Positions 1 through 9,225 of a stretch of DNA of 64,000 bases are shown here, piece after piece. The stretch is from positions 7,808,001 through 7,872,000 of the forward strand of contig OZ240241.1 of NCBI GenBank assembly GCA_965198115.1, written 5' to 3'. Within the stretch, counting starts at the first letter, position 1. The number at the start of each line of letters is the position of its first letter. The DNA comes from Candidatus Latescibacterota bacterium. Lineage in GTDB: Bacteria > Latescibacterota > UBA2968. A program made the position numbers and the translations under genes. A model generated the notes under the pieces. It did no database searches, was not told the origin of the DNA, and saw only the letters and a program-made list of their open reading frames with translations.

Positions 1-469
1 AGCCCCTTTGCACTGCCTCGGCGGCAATCTCGGAACAGCTGAACCGCGAGAGCGGTATCCCGCTCTCGCTCGGTAGTTCACACGCCAGCGCCTTGATCTG
101 AACGACCACCTGAGGGGGGAAAACCGGGCGGGCGCCCGGGACGAGATCTATCTTCGAGTCCCGAAAGACGCTCTTCGAAAAAGCGCTTACGCCATTTGCT
201 TACGATCGGACGCGGGACATCCAACCGTTGGGCGATAATCTTGTTGGATAATCCCTCGGCGGCGAGAAGCACGATTTTCGATCGGATCACTTGATAATAC
301 GGTAACGTATATTGTCCAGCCATTCGCTCGAGGTCGACCCGTTCCTTCTCAGACAGTAGCACCACATAAGGCGAACGTCTTGGCATTGTTCTCCTCCTTT
401 TGAAGGAGAACATAAGCTACAAATAATGTTCAGGACATACGTAATAATATTTATGAACCCATGCGCTTA
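1..469 (-). mobile_element. IS630-family insertion sequence, 5' part (runs off the window's left edge)
   Basis: HTH-type orfA ([44 protein letters not shown]) and a TTTTCCCCCC slippery tract near 113-123. The probable end is at the TA at 468-469, where it cuts the reading frame starting at 506. Confidence 0.8.
78..386 (-). CDS. IS630 transposase N-terminal HTH ORF (probably joined to orfB by frameshift)
   Basis: ORF 78..413 with likely start MPRRS at 386 after an AGGAGGAG RBS; typical IS630 HTH sequence. Confidence 0.8.
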   Translation of the reverse strand: MPRRSPYVVLLSEKERVDLERMAGQYTLPYYQVIRSKIVLLAAEGLSNKIIAQRLDVPRPIVSKWRKRFFEERLSGLEDRSRPGRPPGFPPSGGRSDQGAGV

Positions 470-506
470 GGAAGGATTCCACGTTGACGAATTCGCTACG
501 CGGCAT
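468..506 (-). pseudogene. N-terminal stub (MPRSEFVNVESFL) of the gene downstream of DUF4007, probably an SspC/BrxC-like ATPase, interrupted by IS630
   Basis: The ATG at 506 overlaps the DUF4007 stop, and the frame is cut after 13 codons at the IS630 TA site. Identity is inferred from gene order only. Confidence 0.4.
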
Positions 507-1404
507 TCCGGCTCTCCCGGTCGATTCGGTCGTAGTAAAAAGTGAGCCAATCCAGCGGGACACGTCTTCGCACACGGACCGTCCGGTTGCCAGCCAGTCC
601 TCCGATCTGGATCTGTCTTTCTCCGAGTTCGGCCTCCGCACTGGATACGGTTTCGAACAGCGATTCCGGCGTCATCAGGAACGCCCGAGCGGGGCCTCCC
701 GCAAGACGGGCGGCGTCGACGATCGGCAGCGTCAGGAAGTCGCTGTCAGACTCGCCCACACCACTTGCTGTGGAGATGGCATAGGCCACGATCTCGGCCG
801 GCACGGACTTCGGCCCTTGATTGACTTGATAGTAACCCGAGGCGCGGAAGTAGCCCATCAGTCCCAGTTCTCTAAACGGGCATTCGATGGCGTCTTCAGG
901 ATCCACTGCTTCTACCGGGATCTGTCTCGCGTAGAACGAGAGTAGGCAGCTGATGTCCCGTTCAAGCGTGTTCACGCTCGGGATCTTCGACATGGTCACA
1001 TCAAGGTGCCGGCGCAGTGTCTCGACGCAAACCGACTTCTCGAAACGGGTCAGGTTAAAGTGGTTGAAGAACCAAGCCCAGCTCTCGGCGGCCGAGGCGG
1101 GTTGGACGAGGTTCGAGTGCAACGCCCATAGGGTTCCTGGCTCGTTGAAATACGGGTCCCGTTCCCAGATCAGCTCGCCGAGTGTCGTGGACGCCATCGG
1201 GGCGTTTCGCTTCGTGCTCTCCCGGTCCGCAAGCCGTGTCACGAAAAGCCAGTGCCTGATCGACCGCCCCATGTTCTTGCCGACGCCCAGCCAGTCGTGA
1301 TTGTAAGCGTCGCTCAGCAGCTCCGGCTGCTCGATTAGGAGTCGAAGCCCCTTGTGGAGCCAGCCCTCGCGGACGGCGAAGGTTTCGTGGCCGCTGAACG
1401 CCAT
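496..1404 (-). CDS. sspB: DUF4007 family protein, SspB-like (phosphorothioation-associated nickase)
   Basis: N-terminus FSGHETFAVREGWLHKG, LGVGKNM..SIRHWL, DPYF.EPGTLWALH and CPFRELGL are DUF4007 hallmarks; it lies directly downstream of a cysteine desulfurase. Confidence 0.8.
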   Translation of the reverse strand: MAFSGHETFAVREGWLHKGLRLLIEQPELLSDAYNHDWLGVGKNMGRSIRHWLFVTRLADRESTKRNAPMASTTLGELIWERDPYFNEPGTLWALHSNLVQPASAAESWAWFFNHFNLTRFEKSVCVETLRRHLDVTMSKIPSVNTLERDISCLLSFYARQIPVEAVDPEDAIECPFRELGLMGYFRASGYYQVNQGPKSVPAEIVAYAISTASGVGESDSDFLTLPIVDAARLAGGPARAFLMTPESLFETVSSAEAELGERQIQIGGLAGNRTVRVRRRVPLDWLTFYYDRIDRESRNAA

Positions 1405-1405
1405 A

Positions 1406-2599
1406 CTATCCTGTCACACTTTCGGTTTTCCGCCCAATGCTCGACCAGAATGAGCGTTGCTGATTGCAGATCTTTACTATGCTCCCCACCGCGTAGTCGA
1501 CCTCTTCCTTGGTGTTGGTCTCGGAGAAGCTAAACCGCAAGCTACTGTAGGCTTCTTCTTCGGATAGTCCCATCGCCCGCAGCACGTAGGACGGTTCGGG
1601 CCGCTGGTTCGTGCAGGCGGAGCTCTGTGAGCACCGAATGCCGACTTGGTCAAGTTGCGCAACGAGGGCTTGACCGTCGACGCCATCGAACAAGAGGTTC
1701 GATGAGTTGGCGACGCGATGGTCAGAGGCGCCATTGATCCGAATTCCATCCATTTTGCTCATCAGGTTCGATTCGAAGGCGTCCCGCAGCGCCCCGACGC
1801 TTTGCGAGTAGTCATCGAAGGACTTGGCGCGGTGATCCGCCGCTGCGCCGAATCCCACAATGCCTGGCACATTTTCCGTACCGGGACGGACTCCTCGTTC
1901 CTGGTTTCCGCCAAACCCAATCGGTTGAAGATCCCGTAGATTGCGAGCGCAAACCGCTCCAACGCCCTGCGGTCCGTGGAGCTTGTGTGCGGTCACCGTA
2001 AGGAAATCTGCTGCGACTTCGGATCCCTCGATCGAGAGCTTACCGAGTGCCTGAGCAGCATCCGTATGGAACGGAATCTCCTTCTCCCGGCAGAGCCTGG
2101 CGATTTCTTCAACAGGCTGAATAACGCCAGTCTCATTGTTTACCCACTGGACAGACACGAGCGCGACGCTCTCGTCGATGGCGTGTGTGACGTCGGCCAC
2201 GTCAACCTGCCCCGTCCGGCCTACGGGCAAGATCGTGACTGGAATGCCTAACGTCTCGAGGGCTGCCGCGCATCTTAGAATCGATGAGTGCTCGATGCTG
2301 GTCGTAACGAGCCGGCAGTTCAGAGGGTCCGCGCCAGCGCGCACCCTCTGAAGGAGCTGGACGAGCACCAGGTTGTTCGCCTCAGTGCCACTGCCAGTGA
2401 ATACGATCTGATCGACCAGCCTCGCCACAGCCCCTCGAGCTTCCCGAAGAGCGACCCGGGCCCTGTTCCCTCCCGAGTGAGAGCTGGAGGGGTTGCCGAA
2501 TTCGTCGCCGAGAACCTGTAGCATCGCCTCGCGCACTGCAGGTAACGGCTTCGTTGTCGCATTGTTGTCCAGATACACTTCCGGCACGTAGCCAACCAC
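1406..2599 (-). CDS. sspA: Cysteine desulfurase (IscS/NifS class V PLP enzyme), SspA/DndA-like by context
   Basis: YLDNNATT, FGNPSS, GTEANN, HTDAAQ, AHKLHGPQGVG (PLP lysine), RPGTEN, SSACT catalytic Cys. 1-nt gap to the DUF4007 gene. A few residues appear missing at VARLV-DQIVF. Confidence 0.85.
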   Translation of the reverse strand: MVGYVPEVYLDNNATTKPLPAVREAMLQVLGDEFGNPSSSHSGGNRARVALREARGAVARLVDQIVFTGSGTEANNLVLVQLLQRVRAGADPLNCRLVTTSIEHSSILRCAAALETLGIPVTILPVGRTGQVDVADVTHAIDESVALVSVQWVNNETGVIQPVEEIARLCREKEIPFHTDAAQALGKLSIEGSEVAADFLTVTAHKLHGPQGVGAVCARNLRDLQPIGFGGNQERGVRPGTENVPGIVGFGAAADHRAKSFDDYSQSVGALRDAFESNLMSKMDGIRINGASDHRVANSSNLLFDGVDGQALVAQLDQVGIRCSQSSACTNQRPEPSYVLRAMGLSEEEAYSSLRFSFSETNTKEEVDYAVGSIVKICNQQRSFWSSIGRKTESVTG

Positions 2600-2759
2600 C
2601 CCGGCTGAACCAACTAAACCTTGGATACCGCGGTCGGAGGGATCGACCCGGTGTTAGGGAGAGGAATGTGTGGGGAACAGATCAGTCGCCGAACAAAGCC
2701 ATCTGACCAGCAGGGGACTGGCCAAACTGGAAGGAACGACCTCTGGACGACCGCGAGCA

Positions 2760-2997
2760 GGGGCCTTCCGGAAGCTTGCTTGTGACCACGGGTGGTTGGA
2801 CCCGACCGGTCCGCTGCCCGATGACGCAACACTCGCTCGGGCGTTGCAGCCGTCTTCTTCCACCAGAACCCAGACGGAGTCGTTGGTGCTGCCTCACCAG
2901 TCGGAGGTGACCGCCTGGTGGCGTCGTGGCATCCGTGGCAGGACGATCCACCAGGCTCTGGTCCGGAACTACGGCTTCTCCGGCTCGTATTCTTCTG
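2760..2997 (+). mobile_element. Internal fragment of an IS21-family IstA transposase
   Basis: GWLDPTGPLPDDATLA...IHQALVRNYGFSGSYSSV resembles the IstA N-terminal region; truncated at both ends. Confidence 0.6.
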
Positions 2998-3171
2998 TCT
3001 TAGGTTCGGAAGGTTCCTCAACATTCGCCAAAGGAGATTTGGTTGGGTAGGGTACCTGCCCCGATGGAACTCGCTTCGCTGCTTCCACCAGATGTACTTC
3101 CTGATCATCAAAAAAAATGTGAGGTTTGAAAGCGTGGAGAATCTTGGTTTTCGATACCCCTCCCAAAAAGA

Positions 3172-4591
3172 GGCTCTATCCGGGTTTCTCAACGGTGAAA
3201 CTATAGAATGACAAGGTCATAGATCGTTCCCTACGCTTGGTTGTGTGTGTAGGACAATCAAAGCGAAGGGGGTGCGACCTATGACCGGGAGCAGATTACT
3301 ATCGAAACTGCTGAGATTCAAGGGGTTCCGTGTTGTCAGCTGGTGGTTTGAGGGGAGAAGCTGTTTCGTCATCGCCGTAAAGCCACATAAGAATGGTTGT
3401 TGTTGTCCGGAGTGCGGCCGTCGAGGTAAAATCGTCCGCACAATGCCCCATCCGCGTCGGTGGCGTGACATTCCGGTGTGCGGGTGGAGGGTCTGGCTTC
3501 TCTACCATCCTCGGGAGATTCGGTGTCCTACCCACGGTCGTGTGGTCGAGGAGATTCCGTGGGCGGAGCGGTTCTCTCGGGTGACGTATCGCTTCGAGTA
3601 TGCCATGCTGCGCTACTGCCAGACCATGACGCAGAAGGCGGCGTCCGAGTTGCTGCGCATCTCTGCCTCGACGCTGTCGGATCTCCTTCACCGATCCATC
3701 ACGCGGCTTCGTGAAGGTCATCGTATCCGAGGGCTCAAAACCATCGGGATCGACGAGATCTCCTACGCCAAGCGTCACAGGTACGCCACGCTCGTTTACG
3801 ATCTGGACCGCTCCTGCGTGGTGTGGGTTGGCCGCGGCAGGGCGCGTAAAACGATCGATCGGTTCTTCACAGAGGCTCTCAGTCCCTACCGGAGATCCAA
3901 GATCGAGTGGGCCTGCTGCGACATGAGCGAAGCTTACATCGGAGCCATCCAGGAACACTGTCCGAATGCCAAGCTGGTCCTCGATCGCTTTCACATCGTC
4001 AAGGCTCTCAATGCCGCCGTTGACGAGGTCCGTAAGGACCAGTGGCGTAAAGCTGCCCCGGATGAGCGCAAAGCCATGAAGGGCCTCCGATGGCTCCTCT
4101 ACCGGCACTCAGCGACACGCTCCAGAGGGGATACTCGGACACTCAAAGCACTGGAGAAGGCGAACTACCGAATCTATAGAGCCTGGAGACTCAAGGACGA
4201 GTTCGAGCAGTTCTGGGAATACAAAGCGCCCTGGGCTGCCGAACGCTTCCTGAAATGCTGGACGACGTCCGCACTCAGAAGTCGACGTGAACCCCTGCGA
4301 AAGTTCGTCAGGACCCTGCGACAGCACTTCTTCGGCGTCCTCGCATTCGTGAACACGCGTCTTACCAACGCCATCGCCGAAGGCCTCAACCGAATCGTCC
4401 AAATCGTCAAGAACCGAGCCAGCGGATTCCGCACACTCGACGCATTCAACGATATGATCTTCCTTACCGTCGGAGACATAAACATCCCTGAGCAGATTCC
4501 GAAGAGGTTCCGCACACGCTAACCGCGCCCCCATGCCAGGAACCACGGCACCTTCACCCACTTCATCTCGTTGAGAGATCCGGATATAGCC
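3172..4591 (+). mobile_element. ISL3-family IS, copy 1
   Basis: Terminal IRs GGCTCTATCCGG../..CCGGATATAGCC; 8-bp TSD CAAAAAGA (3164-3171, 4592-4599). Confidence 0.95.
3245..4522 (+). CDS. ISL3 transposase (intact; start may be 3281)
   Basis: Zn-finger CPECG..CPTHG, IGIDE, CCDMS, DRFHIVK, TNAIAEGLN..RASGFR. Confidence 0.95.
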   Translation: MCRTIKAKGVRPMTGSRLLSKLLRFKGFRVVSWWFEGRSCFVIAVKPHKNGCCCPECGRRGKIVRTMPHPRRWRDIPVCGWRVWLLYHPREIRCPTHGRVVEEIPWAERFSRVTYRFEYAMLRYCQTMTQKAASELLRISASTLSDLLHRSITRLREGHRIRGLKTIGIDEISYAKRHRYATLVYDLDRSCVVWVGRGRARKTIDRFFTEALSPYRRSKIEWACCDMSEAYIGAIQEHCPNAKLVLDRFHIVKALNAAVDEVRKDQWRKAAPDERKAMKGLRWLLYRHSATRSRGDTRTLKALEKANYRIYRAWRLKDEFEQFWEYKAPWAAERFLKCWTTSALRSRREPLRKFVRTLRQHFFGVLAFVNTRLTNAIAEGLNRIVQIVKNRASGFRTLDAFNDMIFLTVGDINIPEQIPKRFRTR

Positions 4592-4600
4592 CAAAAAGAA

Positions 4601-6018
4601 GGCTCTATCCGGGTTTCTCAACGGTGAAACTATAGAATGACAAGGTCATAGATCGTTCCCTACGCTTGGTTGTGTGTGTAGGACAATCAAAGCGAAGGGG
4701 GTGCGACCTATGACCGGGAGCAGATTACTATCGAAACTGCTGAGATTCAAGGGGTTCCGTGTTGTCAGCTGGTGGTTTGAGGGGAGAAGCTGCTTCGTCA
4801 TCGCCGTAAAGCCACATAAGAATGGTTGTTGTTGTCCGGAGTGCGGCCGTCGAGGTAAAATCGTCCGCACAATGCCCCATCCGCGTCGGTGGCGTGACAT
4901 TCCGGTGTGCGGGTGGAGGGTCTGGCTTCTCTACCATCCTCGGGAGATTCGGTGTCCTACCCACGGTCGTGTGGTCGAGGAGATTCCGTGGGCGGAGCGG
5001 TTCTCTCGGGTGACGTATCGCTTCGAGTATGCCATGCTGCGCTACTGCCAGACCATGACGCAGAAGGCGGCGTCCGAGTTGCTGCGCATCTCTGCCTCGA
5101 CGCTGTCGGATCTCCTTCACCGATCCATCACGCGGCTTCGTGAAGGTCATCGTATCCGAGGGCTCAAAACCATCGGGATCGACGAGATCTCCTACGCCAA
5201 GCGTCACAGGTACGCCACGCTCGTTTACGATCTGGACCGCTCCTGCGTGGTGTGGGTTGGCCGCGGCAGGGCGCGTAAAACGATCGATCGGTTCTTCACA
5301 GAGGCTCTCAGTCCCTACCGGAGATCCAAGATCGAGTGGGCCTGCTGCGACATGAGCGAAGCTTACATCGGAGCCATCCAGGAACACTGTCCGAATGCCA
5401 AGCTGGTCCTCGATCGCTTTCACATCGTCAAGGCTCTCAATGCCGCCGTTGACGAGGTCCGTAAGGACCAGTGGCGTAAAGCTGCCCCGGATGAGCGCAA
5501 AGCCATGAAGGGCCTCCGATGGCTCCTCTACCGGCACTCAGCGACACGCTCCAGAGGGGATACTCGGACACTCAAAGCACTGGAGAAGGCGAACTACCGA
5601 ATCTATAGAGCCTGGAGACTCAAGGACGAGTTCGAGCAGTTCTGGGAATACAAAGCGCCCTGGGCTGCCGAACGCTTCCTGAAATGCTGGACGACGTCCG
5701 CACTCAGAAGTCGACGTGAACCCCTGCGAAAGTTCGTCAGGACCCTGCGACAGCACTTCTTCGGCGTCCTCGCATTCGTGAACACGCGTCTTACCAACGC
5801 CATCGCCGAAGGCCTCAACCGAATCGTCCAAATCGTCAAGAACCGAGCCAGCGGATTCCGCACACTCGACGCATTACGATATGATCTTCCTTACCGTCGG
5901 AGACATAAACATCCCTGAGCAGATTCCGAAGAGGTTCCGCACACTCTAACCGCGCCCCCATGCCAGGAACCACGGCACCTTCACCCACTTCATCTCGTTG
6001 AGAGATCCGGATATAGCC
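4601..6018 (+). mobile_element. ISL3-family IS, copy 2 (transposase 4674..5918 with a 2-bp deletion near 5875)
   Basis: Near-identical to copy 1; 8-bp TSD AAAAAGAA (4593-4600, 6019-6026); GCATTACGAT versus GCATTCAACGAT in the other copies. Confidence 0.95.
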
Positions 6019-7824
6019 AAAAAGAAAGCCTCATCAACATAAACTCCCCATGATCTTAGCGTCTTGATCGCCCTAATGTCAGCCGGCGCGTTTCTTGCAG
6101 TGACAAGTGCAATCCTGACAGGTGAGTACTCTACACGAACCGGTAACCTTTCCTGCAGACGTGCAAGCTTTTTCAGGAACGAAGCGTAGGGGCCTTCACC
6201 AAGCGGCTCATCCTCTGCCGAGGCTTCTGCCTTATGAAACGCCTCGATCCCCTCGGTCTTGTAGACAAGTTCGCTGGCTTCGTCGAAGAGAACCGCATCT
6301 CCGTCAAATGCAATTCGAACCTGAGTCTCTGACAACTGAGCCATGTCCTCGGGTGGGGACCGAAGCACTGCTGCAGGACACAGCCGACTATCTATAACCT
6401 TCTGAGCGTCCTCAACGCTTGTAGTAAGGAAAAGGTCCACATCAAATGGTTCTAAATAGTCGACCACGGACTCGCCGGCAGTGAAGGCTGATCGCGTTAT
6501 GTTTAACTGATTCTGCCTTATGACATTGAGCACCCGAACGCCTGTCTCAGGGCTGTTCCTGGAAAGCACAACGACCTCAGCAAGGGATGGCTCGCCATCC
6601 GGTTTGTCTTTGTTGAGATCAAGCAGTGCTTTGGCCAACGGGAACCCTGTACCAGGGGCCAAGGCCTCATTCTCGCGCTCTTGCATGTAAGCGCGGTAGT
6701 CCTCTATAGCTTTGTCGCGATCTTCTCCATACATCTCCTGGAATGCATGATCCGCTTCGGCAAGATCAAACAGAGCAGTGGCTGAGATTCCGACGACCAG
6801 CGTATCGCTAAGGTCAAGCGGCACTTGGTGCTCCCTCGGCTCCATCATCCTCATCCGCGTAGATGGGAATCTTGAAGCAACGATGACCGTACCAGTGAGC
6901 CCAGATTCGGCGTCCCGAACGCGTCGTGATCCACCGAGGATACGTGTAGTCCACGATCTTCCGGCGGGGGTGTTGGAGGAAGCTCGGCGGCCAGCGGCCA
7001 GGATGACCCTGTGGTTTTGGCGCGGCTTCGGAAGGTCCAGCGTCCGGAACCGCTTCGCCACCCGCCGCCGCAGGCCGACGCGCGGATGGAATCTGTAGAT
7101 ATTGTCGGGTGTCCGAGACCGATCGGGTTTCTTCTGGTTGAATTCCCTGCGTTCTTAGTAGTGCTGCATTCGTAGCCGCTCCTACCACTTATCTTGGTGC
7201 TTATACCGGATGCCGACGGGGCTTTTCGGACCAGCTCGTCCTTTTCCGCTTCGGACGGTCTGGAAACGAAGCACGGAACTCCGCCTCCGTTCCGCTGCGC
7301 AAAGCGTTCATTGACGTCCAGTCGGTCGAGACCAAGAAGATTTCCGGCTGGGAATTTTTTATTGTTCCGATGAACAGTCCGCCTCGTTGGCGCTGCATGG
7401 CTTATTCTCCCATGTTCTCCAGACAAGACCACGGTGTTGCCCCACCAGTCGCCATTATCGGGCAGCAGGACTATGCCGCATCGGTACTCGAAGAACGACA
7501 ATACGTCGGCCTCAACGTGGTCGGTGCTTTCCCGAACGTCGAGGGTTCTTGACGGGTTTGTCCTCTGTGGGAGGTTGCTGTACGGTTACGCCTATCTCCA
7601 GATTCTTGACCCACATTCGGCCATTGCTACTCACGACAGTGTGATGGAGGGTTCGGCTGGAAGGGCGGGCTCCACCTTGACGTGTCCCGCCGTCCTGTCT
7701 ACACATTCATAGCGCTTCTCAGGTATAATCGTAGGTGCTTACTTAGCAAATTGCGTTTTTTTCGGGACAACTTATGCTGTAATACACGACACTTCCCAAG
7801 TGAGATCCATCTCAGGGAGATGAT

Positions 7825-9225
7825 ATGGCCCAGATTACCAAACCGGCAATTCGAGAGATTGTTGAAGATTTCGCAAAAGAGATCAAGGAGCGAAGAAGAG
7901 AGACGGCCAAACCATCCAAGGAAGTCATCAACTTCCGTGGCGACAAACTGAACGGGATTGAGCGGGAAGTGTCCGTGGTCCCTATCGATCTCCTTCGTTT
8001 TAGGAAGGACAACGGCCGGATCGCGTCCGATGTGATTGACTACGAGCGCAATTTCGGTCCTTTGGACGAAAAGGACGATCACGCCCAATCCGTTATCAGA
8101 GAGTTTCTGGAAAAGAAGGATCCGGAGCGCACCGAGGCTTTGAACAAGTCAATTGCACACGGTGGCCAAAATGAAGCCTCTATAATCACTTGCGACGGCT
8201 TCTTGATTAATGGCAACCGACGCAAGATGGTAATGGATCGACTCCATCACGAAAACCCGGCGGGAGACAAATACCGTTTCATGAAGGCGGTCATTCTTCC
8301 AGGCAAGGGTGATCCGGGTGGACCACCGACGTTGCTTGAGATAGAACAGATCGAGAACCGTTATCAGTTGCAGAGTGATGGCAAGTCAGAGTACTACAGG
8401 TTCGATCGCGCTCTATCCATAAAACGAAAGATAGATCTGGGATTCTCTCTCGAAGAACAGTTGCTGGATGATCCTGCTCACGCCGGTTCAACAAAGCCCG
8501 ATCTCTTAAAAGCGATAGCACGCTGTCAAAAGGACTACCTTGACCCCCTTGACCGGATAGACCATTACTTGGAGCAGTTCAACCGTCGGGGGCTCTATAG
8601 GACTATTTCAAAAGGCATAGCTGATCCAGACGGTCGCTGGCAGGCGTTCATTGACTATAGCAAATCCTACCGTGTATTCACCAATCCTAAACGCAGGATG
8701 GAGATAGGATTAGAGGAAGACGAGATTGGAGATATCGAGGAAGCCGCCTTCGATGTGATACGTCTTCGATCAGTTCCCAATATGCCTAAGGTCCACGTGA
8801 TCATGCGGAACCTTCCGAAGTATCTCGGAACAGAGGAAGGTAAGAAGGCCATCAAGAAGATAGTTGATGAGGTCGATCCGATCCTGCCTGCCGAAGAGAG
8901 CATTGATTCGGAGGGAAAGCCCCTTTCGCTGGAAGTTGCGGACGCGAAATGGGCCGCGAGGAGCCAAGAGTCCATTATTCACAATCTCAGGGTAGCCTCC
9001 CAAAGCTTCGAGACTCAGAAAGAACGAGAAACTCCAATCGAACTTCTCCGTGAAGCCTTCAAGAAACTGAGCCACCAGAATATGGATCTGAGCCTGATCA
9101 ACAACACAGATCTTCCTACGGCCCGCGAGATCGCGTCTGATATATGGAAGAGAGCGCAGGAGCTGGACTCCGACATCTTCAACTATGAGAAGAACCTCAA
9201 GAAGCTTGCGAAGAAGGGATCATGA
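7825..9225 (+). CDS. ParB/Srx-like N-terminal domain protein, 466 aa (gene 1 of putative defence operon)
   Basis: LNKSIAHGGQNEASIITCDGFLINGNRR resembles the ParB/Srx box (GxRR); long helical C-terminus; AGGGAG RBS. Confidence 0.7.
   Translation: MAQITKPAIREIVEDFAKEIKERRRETAKPSKEVINFRGDKLNGIEREVSVVPIDLLRFRKDNGRIASDVIDYERNFGPLDEKDDHAQSVIREFLEKKDPERTEALNKSIAHGGQNEASIITCDGFLINGNRRKMVMDRLHHENPAGDKYRFMKAVILPGKGDPGGPPTLLEIEQIENRYQLQSDGKSEYYRFDRALSIKRKIDLGFSLEEQLLDDPAHAGSTKPDLLKAIARCQKDYLDPLDRIDHYLEQFNRRGLYRTISKGIADPDGRWQAFIDYSKSYRVFTNPKRRMEIGLEEDEIGDIEEAAFDVIRLRSVPNMPKVHVIMRNLPKYLGTEEGKKAIKKIVDEVDPILPAEESIDSEGKPLSLEVADAKWAARSQESIIHNLRVASQSFETQKERETPIELLREAFKKLSHQNMDLSLINNTDLPTAREIASDIWKRAQELDSDIFNYEKNLKKLAKKGS

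Larger units (their letters stand above)
2969..6824 (-). pseudogene. 5'-nucleotidase (PF06189-like) split by two tandem ISL3 copies
   Basis: The 5' part 6019..6824 (GTG start after GAGGGAG; LVVGISATALFDL, RIAFDGDAVLF, LVTAR, WGVYVDEAFF) continues after the ISs as LGGVSKTKILHAFKPHIFFDDQ (3166..2969). The tail runs into the IS21 fragment. Confidence 0.85.

Noticed and set aside
1406-2599. Housekeeping iscS/nifS of an Fe-S cluster operon
   Set aside because: No iscR/iscU/nifU neighbours; it is directly coupled to DUF4007.
6851-7706. ORFs 6851..7501 and 7512..7706 as genes
   Set aside because: No recognisable motifs and coding-like character shifts between frames; possibly a decayed remnant, but not supportable.
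7825-9225. Chromosome or plasmid partition ParB
   Set aside because: No adjacent parA, atypical length, and it is embedded in a helicase-nuclease-MTase operon.
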